Assembly: GCA_043228905.1 (NCBI GenBank)
Contig: JBHGNT010000012.1
Coordinates: forward strand, 1,674,001 to 1,738,000
From: Azolla caroliniana
Taxonomy: Eukaryota > Plantae > Polypodiophyta
Direction of reading: 5' to 3'
Length of the DNA stretch: 64,000 bases
Positions 1-12,455 of the stretch are shown piece by piece; the first letter of the stretch is position 1, and each line of letters opens with the position of its first letter. The position numbers were made by a program, and so were the translations under genes. The notes beneath the pieces were generated by a model, which did not search any database, was not told the origin of the DNA, and saw only the letters and a program-made list of their open reading frames with translations.

Positions 1-325
1 AGAGTAAAAATTTTGGGACCCAGGCTCATAACTGGACAAATTTGGAGAAACCTTTAGTCTCAATGATTTCTGAGATGATGAGGAGGCAAAGCATTGCTGC
101 CACATGATAATATCCAGGTGAAGATGGGAGCAGCCCCAATAGCAATTGAGGCCTTATTACAATCAGTGACCAGTATCCAAAGTATTTGCATGCTCCCTAA
201 GCAAAGTTACTCAAGATTGACACTTACGTCATCAAAGAGTTGGCTGAAAACAGAGACAATCATTGTTGGTATGTTTGAAATGCAATAATGGTTCCAGTCA
301 CATGGCATAAATATATGAACAATAT

Positions 326-690
326 TGTTGAGAATCAAGCTCAACTTGTATGAACATGTGCTTATGAAGAAAAGGATAATGTGTGAAAAAGTGTGTGAGC
401 ACACTTTATTGTAATCCGTGTAGTTGTCGAGTGTTAGTGTGGTCAAAGAATATTAGATATTCTTATGACAAAATCGTACTCAAGTGGATATCTTGGTTAG
501 ATTCCACCAACACATTTAATAGGCCAGTCCCTTGAGCACTTGTATATAAAACCCCCTTTGGCCATTTAGTTTAGTAGATGATCTTTAGATAATTACTATA
601 GCTCTCTTAAGTGCATAAGCTGTCATCCCCCTATTGTGTGTTTTCTTATTTTTCTGGTTATTCTCTGTAATTCCTTCTCTTGCTTATACA

Positions 691-763
<73 letters not shown>

Positions 764-807
764 TATGCTTCTGAATACTAAACTCTACTAGAGTTAGATT
801 CTTTACA
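326..807 (+). repeat. 5' LTR of copia element
   Basis: Starts TGTTGAGAATCAAGCTCAACTT, ends ..TTTACA directly before the PBS; TATA-like TATATAAAA at ~543; (CT)n(CA)n tract. Confidence 0.75.
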
Positions 808-819
808 TGGTATCAGAGC
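808..819 (+). promoter_or_regulatory. Primer-binding site complementary to tRNA-iMet 3' end
   Basis: TGGTATCAGAGC immediately after the LTR-terminal CA. Confidence 0.95.
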
Positions 820-969
820 GTTAGGGTTAGAGATCCTTCACTGAGCTCTACCATTGAAACTGTGTGAGCAGCTAGAGATGTTGTTTTAAGACCTGCTATC
901 GTCACTGCAGTTTTGCACAGCAAGAGGCTCACGTTAACAGGATCATACGAATCAAGCTAAATCAGAAAA

Positions 970-3900
970 ATGAATGCACGGATGGGTAGCACACTTCCAA
1001 CAGAGAAGTTGGACAGGCACAACTACGCATCTTGGGAATATAAGATGCATCAATACCTAGTTGGGCAAGGGTATTGGAGTTATATCGAGGGAGCTCAAGA
1101 AACAGCCCCCAATAGTACAAATCCCAACTACCCCACATGGCAACAAGGCACCAGTAGGGTGATGTATTGTTTGGCAACATGTGTGCAAGATCGCATGTTA
1201 AGCTATATTCGTGATGCGAAATCCCCAACAGAAGTGTGGAAAAACTTGAAGAAGATTTTCGCGGCTTCAACCACAGCGAGAAAACTTCAACTCCGGCAGG
1301 AGTTGAACAATATTCAGCAGGGGGATATGTTCGTGACGGACTATACCCTCCAGATCAAAGACTTATGTGATTCACTTGGCTCCATCAATGTCGCAGTTGA
1401 TGATGACGAGATGGTGCATATCTGCCTTGGCGGCCTCACACAAAAATATGGCTCATTTCGAACTGCCATAACAACAAGGGAGAACCCCCCAAGCTTTTTC
1501 GACTTGCAATCCATGCTAATGGTTGAGGAGAACCATACACGGTCAAAAAGCACGGCATCTGATGAGCAGATGCTATATACACATGATGATCTCGGTCGAG
1601 GTCACGGTCATTTGTTGTGGAAATTGGGGGAGGAATGGCTGAGGAAGAGGTGGACGACGTCCACAACAGTTTAATTCCAGGCAGCAAGAAGGTCGAAACA
1701 GCCGAGGGAATTCGGGCAAAAAGGGGAGCTTCCACCAGCCTGCATCAACCAGGCAGAACCAGCAAACTGAGTGCTGGTATTGTGGAAAGCCTGGCCACTT
1801 TGAAGCCGAGTGTCAGAAGAAGAAGAATGACTCAGCTGCCTCACCCTGGCAGCAAACAAACTATGCTGTGATGGCTGACCTAGAAAACAAAGTGCCGATG
1901 TTTGTTATGCGACACCGGGCGAATAGCATGATAGCAAGTGTTTCCCAACCTGATGATGTATGGTTCGTGGACTCAGGTGCCTCAAATCACATAACAAGTC
2001 ATCAAGAATGGTTCATGAATTTGAGGGAACCTGAGAGACCCGGCGTGGTGGAGACTGGTGATGACTCCACACACATGATTGAGCACATTGGAGATGTGGC
2101 CCTTAACAATCACGACAACAAGGGCTACATGAAGGATGTATTGCATGTCCCGACAATCACAAAGAATTTGGTCTCGGTTGGCCAAAATGTCGAACAAGGA
2201 ATGCAAGTGCGATTCAACCAGGAAGGTTGCTTCATCGAGGATAAAGGCCAACTTATCGCTCATGCAAGAAGAGAAGGTCGCATGTTTATTCTTGATGCGA
2301 CTGAGGTGAACACAACAATGTATGCAAAGGGACTCAAGGCGGAGTCTGATATTGAGTTGTGGCACAAAAGGGTTGGCCATGTAAACCTCGGTAAACTCCG
2401 ATCAATGCAAACAAAAGGGGTTGTGCACGGATTGCCACGATTTACTTCGAAACATCCTGATAATGTATGTGAGGCGTGCCAACTAGGCAAGCAACATAGG
2501 CATCCATTCCTAAGCGAAAGAAATGTGAGGAAAGGCTTGTTGGACGTCATCCACTCAGATGTATGGGGCCAGCTCATTGAGAAAGATGGCCGACTCATAG
2601 CGAAGGGGCGGAAAGACGGCCAAATGTTCATCCTCTATTCGAACGAGGTGAAACCGGCCATGTATGCCAAAGGTCTCAAAACCAAGACAAGCATCGAGTT
2701 GTGGCACAAGAGAATCGGCCACATAAACCTCCAACGGCTTTGAGCGATGCAAACAAAGGGAGTCGTCATTGAACTTCCGACATTCGAGTCGACCGAGTAT
2801 GCAAAGCGTGTCAACTCGGCAAACAACATCGACACTCATTCCCGAAGGAGATCCACGCAAGCAAAGGCCCCGTCGACATCATACACTCGAATGTATGGGG
2901 ACCGGCTCAAACGCCGACGATCGGCTGATGCCAATTCTACATCACCTTCATTGACGACTACTCGCACTACGCGTGGATCTTCCTGATGAAGAAGAAGAGT
3001 GAAGTGTTCTCCCACTTCCAAAAGCTCAAGGGCCAAGTCAAAAAAGAAACCGGTCGGCACATTCGATGCCTACAATCGGATGGAGGCAAGGAGTACTTCT
3101 CCGATGAATTCACCTCCTACCTCCAAAGTGAAGGCATTCGAAGAGAATTCTCGTGTTGACACACACCCCAACAAAATGGAGTAGCCGAAAGAAAGAATCG
3201 GCAAATACTTGAGGTAGCATGCGCCATGATGCATGAGAAGCACATGCCGAACTTCTATTGGGCCGACCCGGCATCCACGGTCGTCTATCTCATGAACCGG
3301 TGCACCACCAATGGAGTCCATGAGTTAACTCCCTACGAGCTCCTCGTCGGAAGGAAGTTGATCCTGTCGCACCTCAAGGTGTTCGAAAGCATTGCGAATG
3401 TACGCATCCCGAACGAACAACGACAGAAGCCCGACGCGAAGTCGGAGGAATGTATCCTCATAGGATACTCGTCCAAGAAGAAGGCATACAAGTGCTACAA
3501 CCCTTCTACCCGAGCGGTTCGGGTAAGTTGAGACATAGTCTTCGACAGTCCGCATCCTGGTACACACCAGAGACAACTTCGATTCCAACTCCGCTCGACT
3601 CGGAATCCCCCGAACAAGAGGTAGAAGATGGAGATCACTTCGAACACATGTTCGAAGAAAGTTTGACTACGGCAAGGCCTAGTGGGTCACAAGAGCCCCG
3701 ACGCGACCCAAGTACGTCGCGGCCAAGTACGAAGTTGGACAAAGGCAAAGGTAAGATGCCCAAATACGAAGTTGATCACCCCGACGATAGTGATTCGGAT
3801 GTGTCAGCTCCCTCACTAGACAGTGAGTTCGGTGTACCCATCATGCAGACACCCGGAGCAAAGAAGGCGCTCACATCGGCGAGCGAAAAACTTCAATGCT

Positions 3901-4034
3901 CATCTAGAGCAAAGAACCCCGTCACTCGGCTTGGCTACAACGAGTACACGGTCCATCACTATGCCTTCGCAATGAAGGTAGCGGCCGAACAAAAGCCCAA
4001 GAGCTCCACCGAAACGGCTTATAACCCACAATAG
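970..4034 (+). pseudogene. Frameshifted copia gag-pol remnant (gag, Zn knuckle, protease, duplicated pre-integrase segment, integrase)
   Basis: ORFs 970-1674, 1868-2743, 3226-3531 and 3450-4034 in different frames, with stops and frameshifts. Confidence 0.9.
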
Positions 4035-4202
4035 GTGGAAGTAGTAGACCTTCGCCCACACACTACAAGCCTTCGTCCCCGGCTTGAGGGGGAGGAACTG
4101 AGATTGTCACGGCGAAGAAAGCCGAAGGCCGGACGACAGCACCCGAAGCCAACGAAAGCCAAAGCGGATGTCGGACGCCTCACACTTGAGCTTGAGGGGG
4201 CG

Positions 4203-4632
4203 TGTTGAGAGATCAAGCCCAACTTAGTTTAGTTATTTAGTCAACCATGTAACTTCCTAGTTACCTAGATAGAATCTAGTTAAGAGTGTTGACTATAACG
4301 CCTTAAATAGGACCTTGTACTTAAGTGGGATATTCTAGATCCTCCACTCCTAAGTACATTTAATATAGGACTTATACCTTAGTACCTATATTCTACTCAC
4401 ACATGTGTACCTTTGCACATGAGATGTATATATACCTCATTGTGGGTATTTTTGTATTTTGATGATGATAATGCTAATTTAATATAGTTACTCATCCCCC
4501 ACCTTGTGTTGTTCATAAGTGTAACTTCCTCTCTCTCTTCCTCTCACACACATATCACTTAAGCTTCTGCTTATCAACTAATCACATAATTAGGTACTAA
4601 TTAACCCATGTTTAATTACCTAATTATTAACA
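4203..4632 (+). repeat. 3' LTR of copia element, preceded by PPT (GAGGGGGCG)
   Basis: TTGAGGGGGCG|TGTTGAGAGATCAAGCCCAACTT ... TTATTAACA; only patchy similarity to the 5' LTR. Confidence 0.75.
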
Positions 4633-4962
4633 GTCGTAAACGACCCGAGCACTTCGAGTGCCAACACGAAGAAGACGAGCACGTGGCGATGAGGGGATAA
4701 AGGGGTATGAGATGAAGAAAAATGGTGAAGATGAAGATGAAGAGCTCCGAAAGAAAAATGGCGATAGTCTCCTCTCCCAAAACGTCTCTCCTCTCTCTTA
4801 CTTTTTACACGAGTTTCTATATCTCCTTTCCACCCTTTCTTTCCCCTTTTCTTTTGCATGTGCACAATTAACTGCCTTTGTGTGCACACACATTGCACAT
4901 GCACATTTTGACCCCCCCTTTCGCCGGTTTTTCCCACACTCGAGCCTGTGGACCCAAATACA

Positions 4963-7245
4963 TATAGGACGATTATGATAGGTCATACACTTGCTAAATT
5001 ATATGGTGCAATAATGGAAGCTGAGCTTAGCAATTATATGGAGACCCTAAATCTTCGCACACTTGAACATGCTGGCTTTAAATGAGTTTTTTCTACTATT
5101 GATCATATCTTCACACTTAAATGCTTAATTGACCAGACTAAGGCTCGCAAGAAGAAATTATATTGTTGTTTTGTGGACTTCCACAAAGCATTTGACATGG
5201 TCCCTAGAGAGAGGTTGTTTCATAGGCTTAAAAGCTTGAGGATACCAGATGACATGATTTGGGCCATCGACGCACTATATGAGCAAGTCTCTGGGTGCAT
5301 CAAATGCCTAGGTGGCCTATCAAATTGCTTCACTAGCACTATTGGTGTAAAACAAGGTTGCCCCCTATCACTGACACTTTTTGGGATCTACATTGATGAG
5401 ATCACAGATTTTATCGCCCGTAAGGGAGGCAACGGAGTAGTCCTTGGGAATACGCAGGTTCATATCTTACTCTATGCGGACGACATAGTTTTGCTCTCTA
5501 AATCCGAACACGACCTACAAAGGCACCTAAATGCCTTAGACGACTTTTGCACACAACGAGGATTGGTAGTAAATCTAGGGAAAACTGAAGTCCTTATCTT
5601 TCACACAACAGCCCAAGTTAGAGCTAAATGTCACCTAACCATCTCCCATAGCCCAGTTGAGATGGTTGGATCATATGTCTATCTCGGTGTCACTTTCAAT
5701 GCCTGCTCAGGTAAATTTTCGATGACACAGGCAGCGAAGGATAGACTTACCAGAGGACATGCATCCCTCTCACTCCTAGAGAGACAATGTCACCAAGCAT
5801 ACTTCCAAGAGCCACGGACTAAGGGGTGGCTCTTTGACTCATTAGTAACCCCCTCTCTCATGTATGCATCAGTGGTTTGGGCTCCAGAGCTACCATCTTT
5901 CATGTGGATGCAATTAGAGAGACCATTGGTGATGATGTTATCACGCCAGCTCCGAAGCAAATCGACAGTATCACATGACATTATTAGAGTTGAGTTCACT
6001 TTACCCCCGATGCTAGTAGAGGCACTTTTTCAACTTGTAGTCTTTATTCATAGGATACACAGCCAACCACATGATAGGATATCCTATCAAGCCTTTGAGG
6101 CCTCTAGGTCATTGTATGAGTCCAGCTATACTAGCTCATGGTATGGCATGATGGTGAGTTGGCTTCTTATAAACGGTCTAGACATTAATAACCTACCTCC
6201 CCTTAGGTACAACCACGCAATTGATAGCACTTTAATCTCTCATGAGGATCATAATAAAGTAATACACCAAAAAATATAGCAAATTTACATTCGGTATAAA
6301 TGGATTACACCATTAGAGCCACTCCCATCTAAAATGTTGTACTATAAGGAACACTTCATGCATTTCTCGAAGTTAGGTTTTATTACACGACCAAAAAACC
6401 TAGATGCATTCTTACCAAATGCACTAAGGGTTGCCATTGGACAACTTAGAATATCATCTCACCAACTTGAGATTGAGCGTGGTCATATTAATGGAGTCCC
6501 TAGAGAGGAACGGATATTAGACTATGTCGCATAGACATTGAGGATGAGTACCACTTTACATGCAAGTGCCCAACTTACGCCGAGGTAAGGGCAAAATACC
6601 TAGACATACTCGGTCCCTCTCCCACCCTCCCGAAACTATTAAATACTCTAGATATAAAGAAATTAGGTAGATATATCCTAGAACTAAAACAACACAGAGA
6701 AAATAAGCTACAAAATGTTGACAATAATGTTTTTAATATTCACCAACATGTAACAAATGAAGTTTTTCAGGAACGGGGGGAGACAACGGATGTCAACACA
6801 CCTGCACCACTCAGCCTCTTCCTTGATGAAACAAAAAACCAAGGAAGAACCAAACGCCCTCATATGCCGGATTTCAAAGCAACTCAACATGGTGTAGAAG
6901 CCATTAAGAAAATAAGGGAACATGAGCTACACCGCCTACAAGCCATGGCGGGTCATACCCACACCAAAACCCTTTGACCTCCCACTTCTTTTCGAGAGGC
7001 TTGGGTGGAAATGAAATTAGGCTTAGAGCAAAGTCTTTTCCTTTATCGAATGTGTTACACCATACCACATTTTGTACAATACTAGAACTCTCCTAGCGTA
7101 AGTACTATTTTTATTTTACTTTACTTATTATTATTATTATTATTGTCAGTTCAGATGATTGGAAAAAAAAAAACCCATTTTGTTGTAAACTAATTGTCTC
7201 ATGGGCCAATTTTGGCCTTAGAAGACGTTAATAGCTTTCTTTTCT
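4963..7245 (+). mobile_element. 5'-truncated non-LTR retrotransposon (LINE, RTE-X-like), degenerate
   Basis: RT motifs YRTIMIGHTLAKLY, FVDFHKAFD, GVKQGCPLS, LLYADD, YLGVTF. C-terminal LRISSHQLEIERG..C..IEDEYHFTCKC Cys/His domain. Stops at 5083 and 6277. 3' end has a hairpin and a TTTC-rich tail. Confidence 0.9.
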
Positions 7246-9779
7246 CATGCCATTGATAGAATACTTGGAGATATCTCTGATAACCCATATGATTCAACAA
7301 GAAGGTTTGATCTTTCTTTCACCAAAGAAAGACAAACTTAAGGTTCATTCTTCAACATGCCAACTCCACGTACATTTCTATCCTAGATTTGCTTGTAATG
7401 AGATGAAAATCTAAAATGTCATTATATGGATGAGTGAAAGATAGCACGTAATGTTTACAATATATGATTGATATAAGAGCTTGAGCGAAAAGATAGACAA
7501 TAAACCTACTCTATAATGAACAAACTACAGCAAAAGGTATACCAACTCTAAATTACAGATTGGGAACACAACATTAGAGCAATGAGACAAATAACATATT
7601 TAAGAAAGCATACTTCCAAAATTCACTAAAATCTGAAATCTGAAGCACTAAAGCATAATGACTAAAGAACTAGTGAAGATTTATAATATGACTTTATTAA
7701 ACTTACTTTTCGATGGGCTCTTCAAGAATCACCTTGTCTCCAAATATGAAAATCTGTCACCAAGAGCGTCGTTAGTTCAGGATTTAACTCCCAAATGAAT
7801 TGAGGCTTGCCAAATTAAATCATCATTAGGCTTATGTGTGGTTTGACACTAAGGCTTCAGTAGTGGTACATGTATCAAAGGCTTCAAAATGAGTAAGTAC
7901 CATGAACTCATGACCTATAAATAAACCTAGTTGAAAGATATATTAACGGCTTTTAAAAGGCCAAAATGGCCTATAAGACCAAACAATAGATTACATCTTA
8001 AGTTTTGTCTCATCTTTGAGAACCGCAAATCAAAATAAAATAAATGTTACTAAGTAAACATACAAGTAAATAAGACACAAGAGACTAAAGAATCTTGTTA
8101 CGCAATTCACTTGTTTCTGAAGTTCCATTTTTTCACCAAATTGTGTTGGAATGTTGACATCAGTTCACTCCACAATTAATGGGGTGTTCACTCTCTTTCT
8201 TTCTGAATTTTTTCAGCCTTTATATAGATGAGATCTCTGCCTATATCAGTTAAAGAGATATGAGGGGCTCAGCTCTCAGGAACTTGGGATAACCCCTTTT
8301 TTTTAAACAGATTTTATGTTACACAAATTCCAGGTGGCATAATTCTAGGAATATTACAAAAGGTAATACATAGTACATACAATAGCAACAGCTGAGGTTT
8401 AGAAAAGGAGAAGAGCTGTGTATACCACCATCTAATAATGCTACGGGCTAAGTCAAAAAATAGGCCTGTAAATCAATTTATGCCAAACAGTGGCCAATAT
8501 ATCTGACGACATTATGGATTTTGATACTCATACTATTATATACGTATGTTGGTGTCCTATCTCTAGACTCTAACTTTCAACATGGATTATTGTGCATCTA
8601 GACAATCTATGCACTTTTGCACCTCATTATGCGATTTCAGTGGATCTTGGTAAAACCAAGATTATGATTTTTAACACTACAAAATGATGGGTTGGGAAAT
8701 CTTGACATATGGATAGGACTCATGGAGCTTGTTGACTCATATGGCTACGACTTCTCTACATTGGGCTTTATGGAGCCAGCCCTGGATTACTTACGGTGGA
8801 TATACAGCATTATGTGAACAGGAGACAAAATGCGTGTATATACAGGTTCAGGTGCCCCATGCTACATTAGACTGATAACACTCTAACCACATTTATAATC
8901 CCTTCATGGACTAAGATCTGTGCAAACCTAGACCCCCATAGCAAAAATTAGTGCATATATGATGGATGGATGTCAAGGCCTCACTGTCACAGGTTTAATA
9001 AAGCTAGATAGGTACATCACTGATTGTAGAAGAGGGTCTTGCGATATCATACCTTCAGATCATAGTGAGATCTCATATGACATGTGTAACGTCGGTTCTT
9101 GAGTCTTCATTGAAGCTCAAATCAGGGAAATTCTCCACGCTGTGGTTTTAAACTACTTGCATATATAGATACCTACTTCTCTCTTGGTGCAACATATAAC
9201 CGAATGACTTGTAATCTAAAAACAATTCTGCTTTTAAAAAGAATAATTCACCTCAAATTCACCGAAGGATCTTAGCCTGTTCAAAATCTGAGTCATTGGA
9301 GGAGAGCCTGCCTGTATACATATCCAAAATGCAGTTCAGTTATGAAAAGGAGCTTGAAACTTCCTTGATACCCCATGCAAATTGTCAGGATCATGCACTG
9401 CTATTAAAAAGACCCAGCAATCTAGTACAGTCCAATCATATAGCATTTGCATGTCGCCATTCAGAAAGAGCATTCAAATTGGCATGCACAGCTATCTTCA
9501 CATCATTTTCACATCGAACAATAAATGCTGAGTAAGCCGTGCATAGACAGAAGACCTACTTTCTTCTCCATAACACAAACTCCAACAACTATCTTCGAGA
9601 AATGATGGCTAGAATCAGCCTGGCACAAAGCATCTTTGTTGTCCAAACTCATTTTGATCTTTTTTCCGGCTTCCCACAATAGACAGAAATAGTAATACTA
9701 TTTCTTTTTCTGCAGAAAATGACAAAGGTTGTATGAAAAAGAAATGAAAACCAAGAAACCAAACAGGAGATGAAGTTAC

Positions 9780-11586
9780 CTTATACTTGCAAGAAGAAGC
9801 ATAATGCTACACCTTTGTTATCCAAACTCATTATTGTCTTTTGCCATCCTTTTAAACACATAAGGAAAATCTGCACATCTTTTAACCTTTTATCTGCAGA
9901 GAGGGCTGAAGCTGTACAAAGAACGATGCATTACACAATGAGAGCGGAAAAGAAGGTCAATGGAGGATTTCACCTCATGATAATATGAAGAAGATAAATC
10001 ATCGAAGTTCAAATCCTACATTAGAACAATGATAACCGTGTCTTCCAAATAATCTTTGTTGTCCTAGTTATTTTCAACTATAGAATATTTCTGTCTTTAT
10101 CTGTAGGAAGGGCTGAAGAAATTATAAATAGACTTGAGTAGGGAAACAGAAGTCGATATTACCTTAAGATGACATGAACAATAATTGACGTGAAAACCTA
10201 TGACAATACCATATAAGCTGTTACCTTATGATGGCATGAACAATAATTGACGTGAAAACCTATGACAATACAACGTAAGCTTTGTCTTTCAGTTCATCGT
10301 TGTTGTTCAAAATCAATCCTTAAAAGTTTTGTCGAGCATTCAACAGCAGAATTTTTCTGCTATGAAGATGTTTGAAGAAACGATGTTTACTTGAGCAGGA
10401 ACACAGAAGTTCAAACATTCAACATCGGAAATTTTCTGTTATGACGATCTTCAAAGAAACAATGTTCACTTGAGCAGGAAAACAGAAATGGATATTACCT
10501 CACGAGGGTATGAATAAAACGAACAATTGATGTGGAGTCCTGCATCAAGGCAATGGAAAATGTAATGCTCAACTTCATACTTCTTCTTCCAGATGTCCAG
10601 ACACTATTCTCTAAATAAATTTTCACATTAAATTGGATAACAAAAAGGCAATGGAAAATGTAATGCTCAACTTCATACTTCTCCTTCCAGATGTCCAGAC
10701 ACTATTCTCTAAATAAATTTTCACATTAAATTGGACAACAAAAATTATCTCTCTGTATATGTTTGTAGAAAGGGTAGGATAAAAACAACATTGTACATTT
10801 GAGCAGGAAAAGGGAGATGAACAAGAAGAAGAAGGTAATGGTGATGGTGACTTATCGAAGTGAAATCCTACAACAGTATTCCAAAAGAAAAGTTATTATG
10901 TTTCCTAGATTCATCAGTATCCCTATCAGACATTGCTAATTGCCTTCTGCAATAATTCAAATAAAATTCACCACGTATTAAGCTGAACAAAGCTTCTTCT
11001 GAGAGAAATGGAATGGAAAAAGGAGGGGGTGTTATATATACATACATACATACATACATACATACATACATACATACATACATACATACACACCTGCAGA
11101 AGTGTGTATATGTAAACATACATACATTTGTGGGCATATGTATACACATGCAGAAAGCCTTACCAAATTACCTTCTTTCGCGAGATTTTTTTCACGTGTG
11201 CGCGCAATCCAATTCAGCTTCGTTTGTGAGAGAAACACAAAAGGGAAGGGATTTCGGAAACAAAGAGAAGCCTAAAGCTCCAGCGGAATTATACGACCTT
11301 TGGCAGCTAAATTGCTGGGATCGAATTTTGTTTTTGATCTAATGAAGGAGAAAAAGACGTAGAATTTTCCAGGAGAGGTGATCAGAGACGCGATTGGAAT
11401 GAAGATTGCTCCCTTTCAAATTTTTGTGTCTGAGAGGGAAAAGATATGGAAGGAGGAGGAGGAGGAGTTAGGAATGGAGGATTTGTTTGTTCTCTTCGAA
11501 TTTTGGTCCGAGAGAGGCAGGAAACAAGAGAAGGAAGAAGCGATGGAGATGGAGATGGAGATGGAGATACACAGAGATCAGGCTTT

Positions 11587-11652
<66 letters not shown>

Positions 11653-11700
11653 GGAGCTATGGCGATGGCTGCGGGGAGAGAAGAGAGTCTTTGTTTTCTT
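9780..11700 (-). other. Putative spliced non-coding or pseudogenic transcript 5' region with repeated micro-exons
   Basis: CT-rich leader (11400-11700 on minus), donor AAG|GTAATT at ~11171, and a series of homologous 27-42 nt AG..GT bounded segments. No consistent ORF. Confidence 0.4.
11040..11092. repeat. (CATA)n microsatellite
   Basis: Direct tetranucleotide repeat. Confidence 0.95.
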
Positions 11701-11749
11701 TTTTCTTTTTCTTGTGAGAGAGAGAGAGTGTGTGTGTGTGTGTGTGTGT

Positions 11750-11848
11750 GTGGTTTCTCATATTTATATGATATACCCCCATAGAGAGAGAGAGTTTTCT
11801 CATATTTACATGATATACCCCCCCCCACACAGAGAGGTTTCTCATATT

Positions 11849-11885
<37 letters not shown>

Positions 11886-12455
11886 TTCTCATATTTACAT
11901 GATATACCCCCCCCCAACACAAAGAAAGAAAGAAAGAAAGAAAGATATATTAACGTCTTCTTGGACCAAAATTGGCCCATGAGACAATTGGTTTACAAAA
12001 AAAATGGGGTATTTACCCATTCAAGAGGTTTCTCATATTTAGAGAGAGCGCGAGATTTCTCATATTTATATAATATACCCCCAGAGTGAGAGAGAGTGAG
12101 AGAGAGAGAGAGAGAGGTTTCTCATATTTACATGATATACCCCCCCACACAGAGAAAGAAAGATATATTAACGTCTTCTTAGACCAAATTTGGCCCATGA
12201 GACAATTGGTTTACAAAAAAAATGGGGTATTTACCCCCATTCAAGAGGTTTCTCATATTTAGAGAGAGCAAGAGATTTCTCATATTTACATGATATACCC
12301 CCCAGAGAGAGAGAGAGAGAGAGAGAGGTCTCTCATATTTACATGATACACCCCCCGCAGAGAGAGCGAGAGAGAGAGAGAGAAGGTTTCTCATATTTAC
12401 ACGATATAGCCCCCGCCACGGAGACAAAGAAAGAAAAAAAGATTCTCATATTTAC
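11750..12455. repeat. Compound minisatellite: GGTTTCTCATATTTACATGATATACCCCC units alternating with (GA)n, including two LINE 3'-tail copies
   Basis: About a dozen full or partial copies of the unit; a ~220 bp higher-order duplication (11920-12130 vs 12150-12350). Confidence 0.9.

Larger units (their letters stand above)
326..4632 (+). mobile_element. Ty1/copia LTR retrotransposon, chimeric and non-autonomous (gag-protease-integrase, no RT/RNase H)
   Basis: TG..CA bounded 5' LTR, primer-binding site (PBS) TGGTATCAGAGC, gag ORF, CCHC knuckle CWYCGKPGHFEAEC (~1772-1813), protease WFVDSGASNH, GAG-pre-integrase LWHKRVGH..CEAC, integrase motifs (FIDDYS, PQQNGVAERKN, CILIGY), polypurine tract (PPT) and 3' LTR. 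Domain order PR-INT is copia-type. Confidence 0.9.

Noticed and set aside
7190-7235. Hammerhead ribozyme in the LINE tail hairpin
   Set aside because: Lacks the CUGAnGA and GAAA catalytic core.
7777-7826. Box C/D snoRNA candidate on minus (ATGATGA..CTGA)
   Set aside because: Only ~50 nt, with no terminal stem or recognisable rRNA antisense element.
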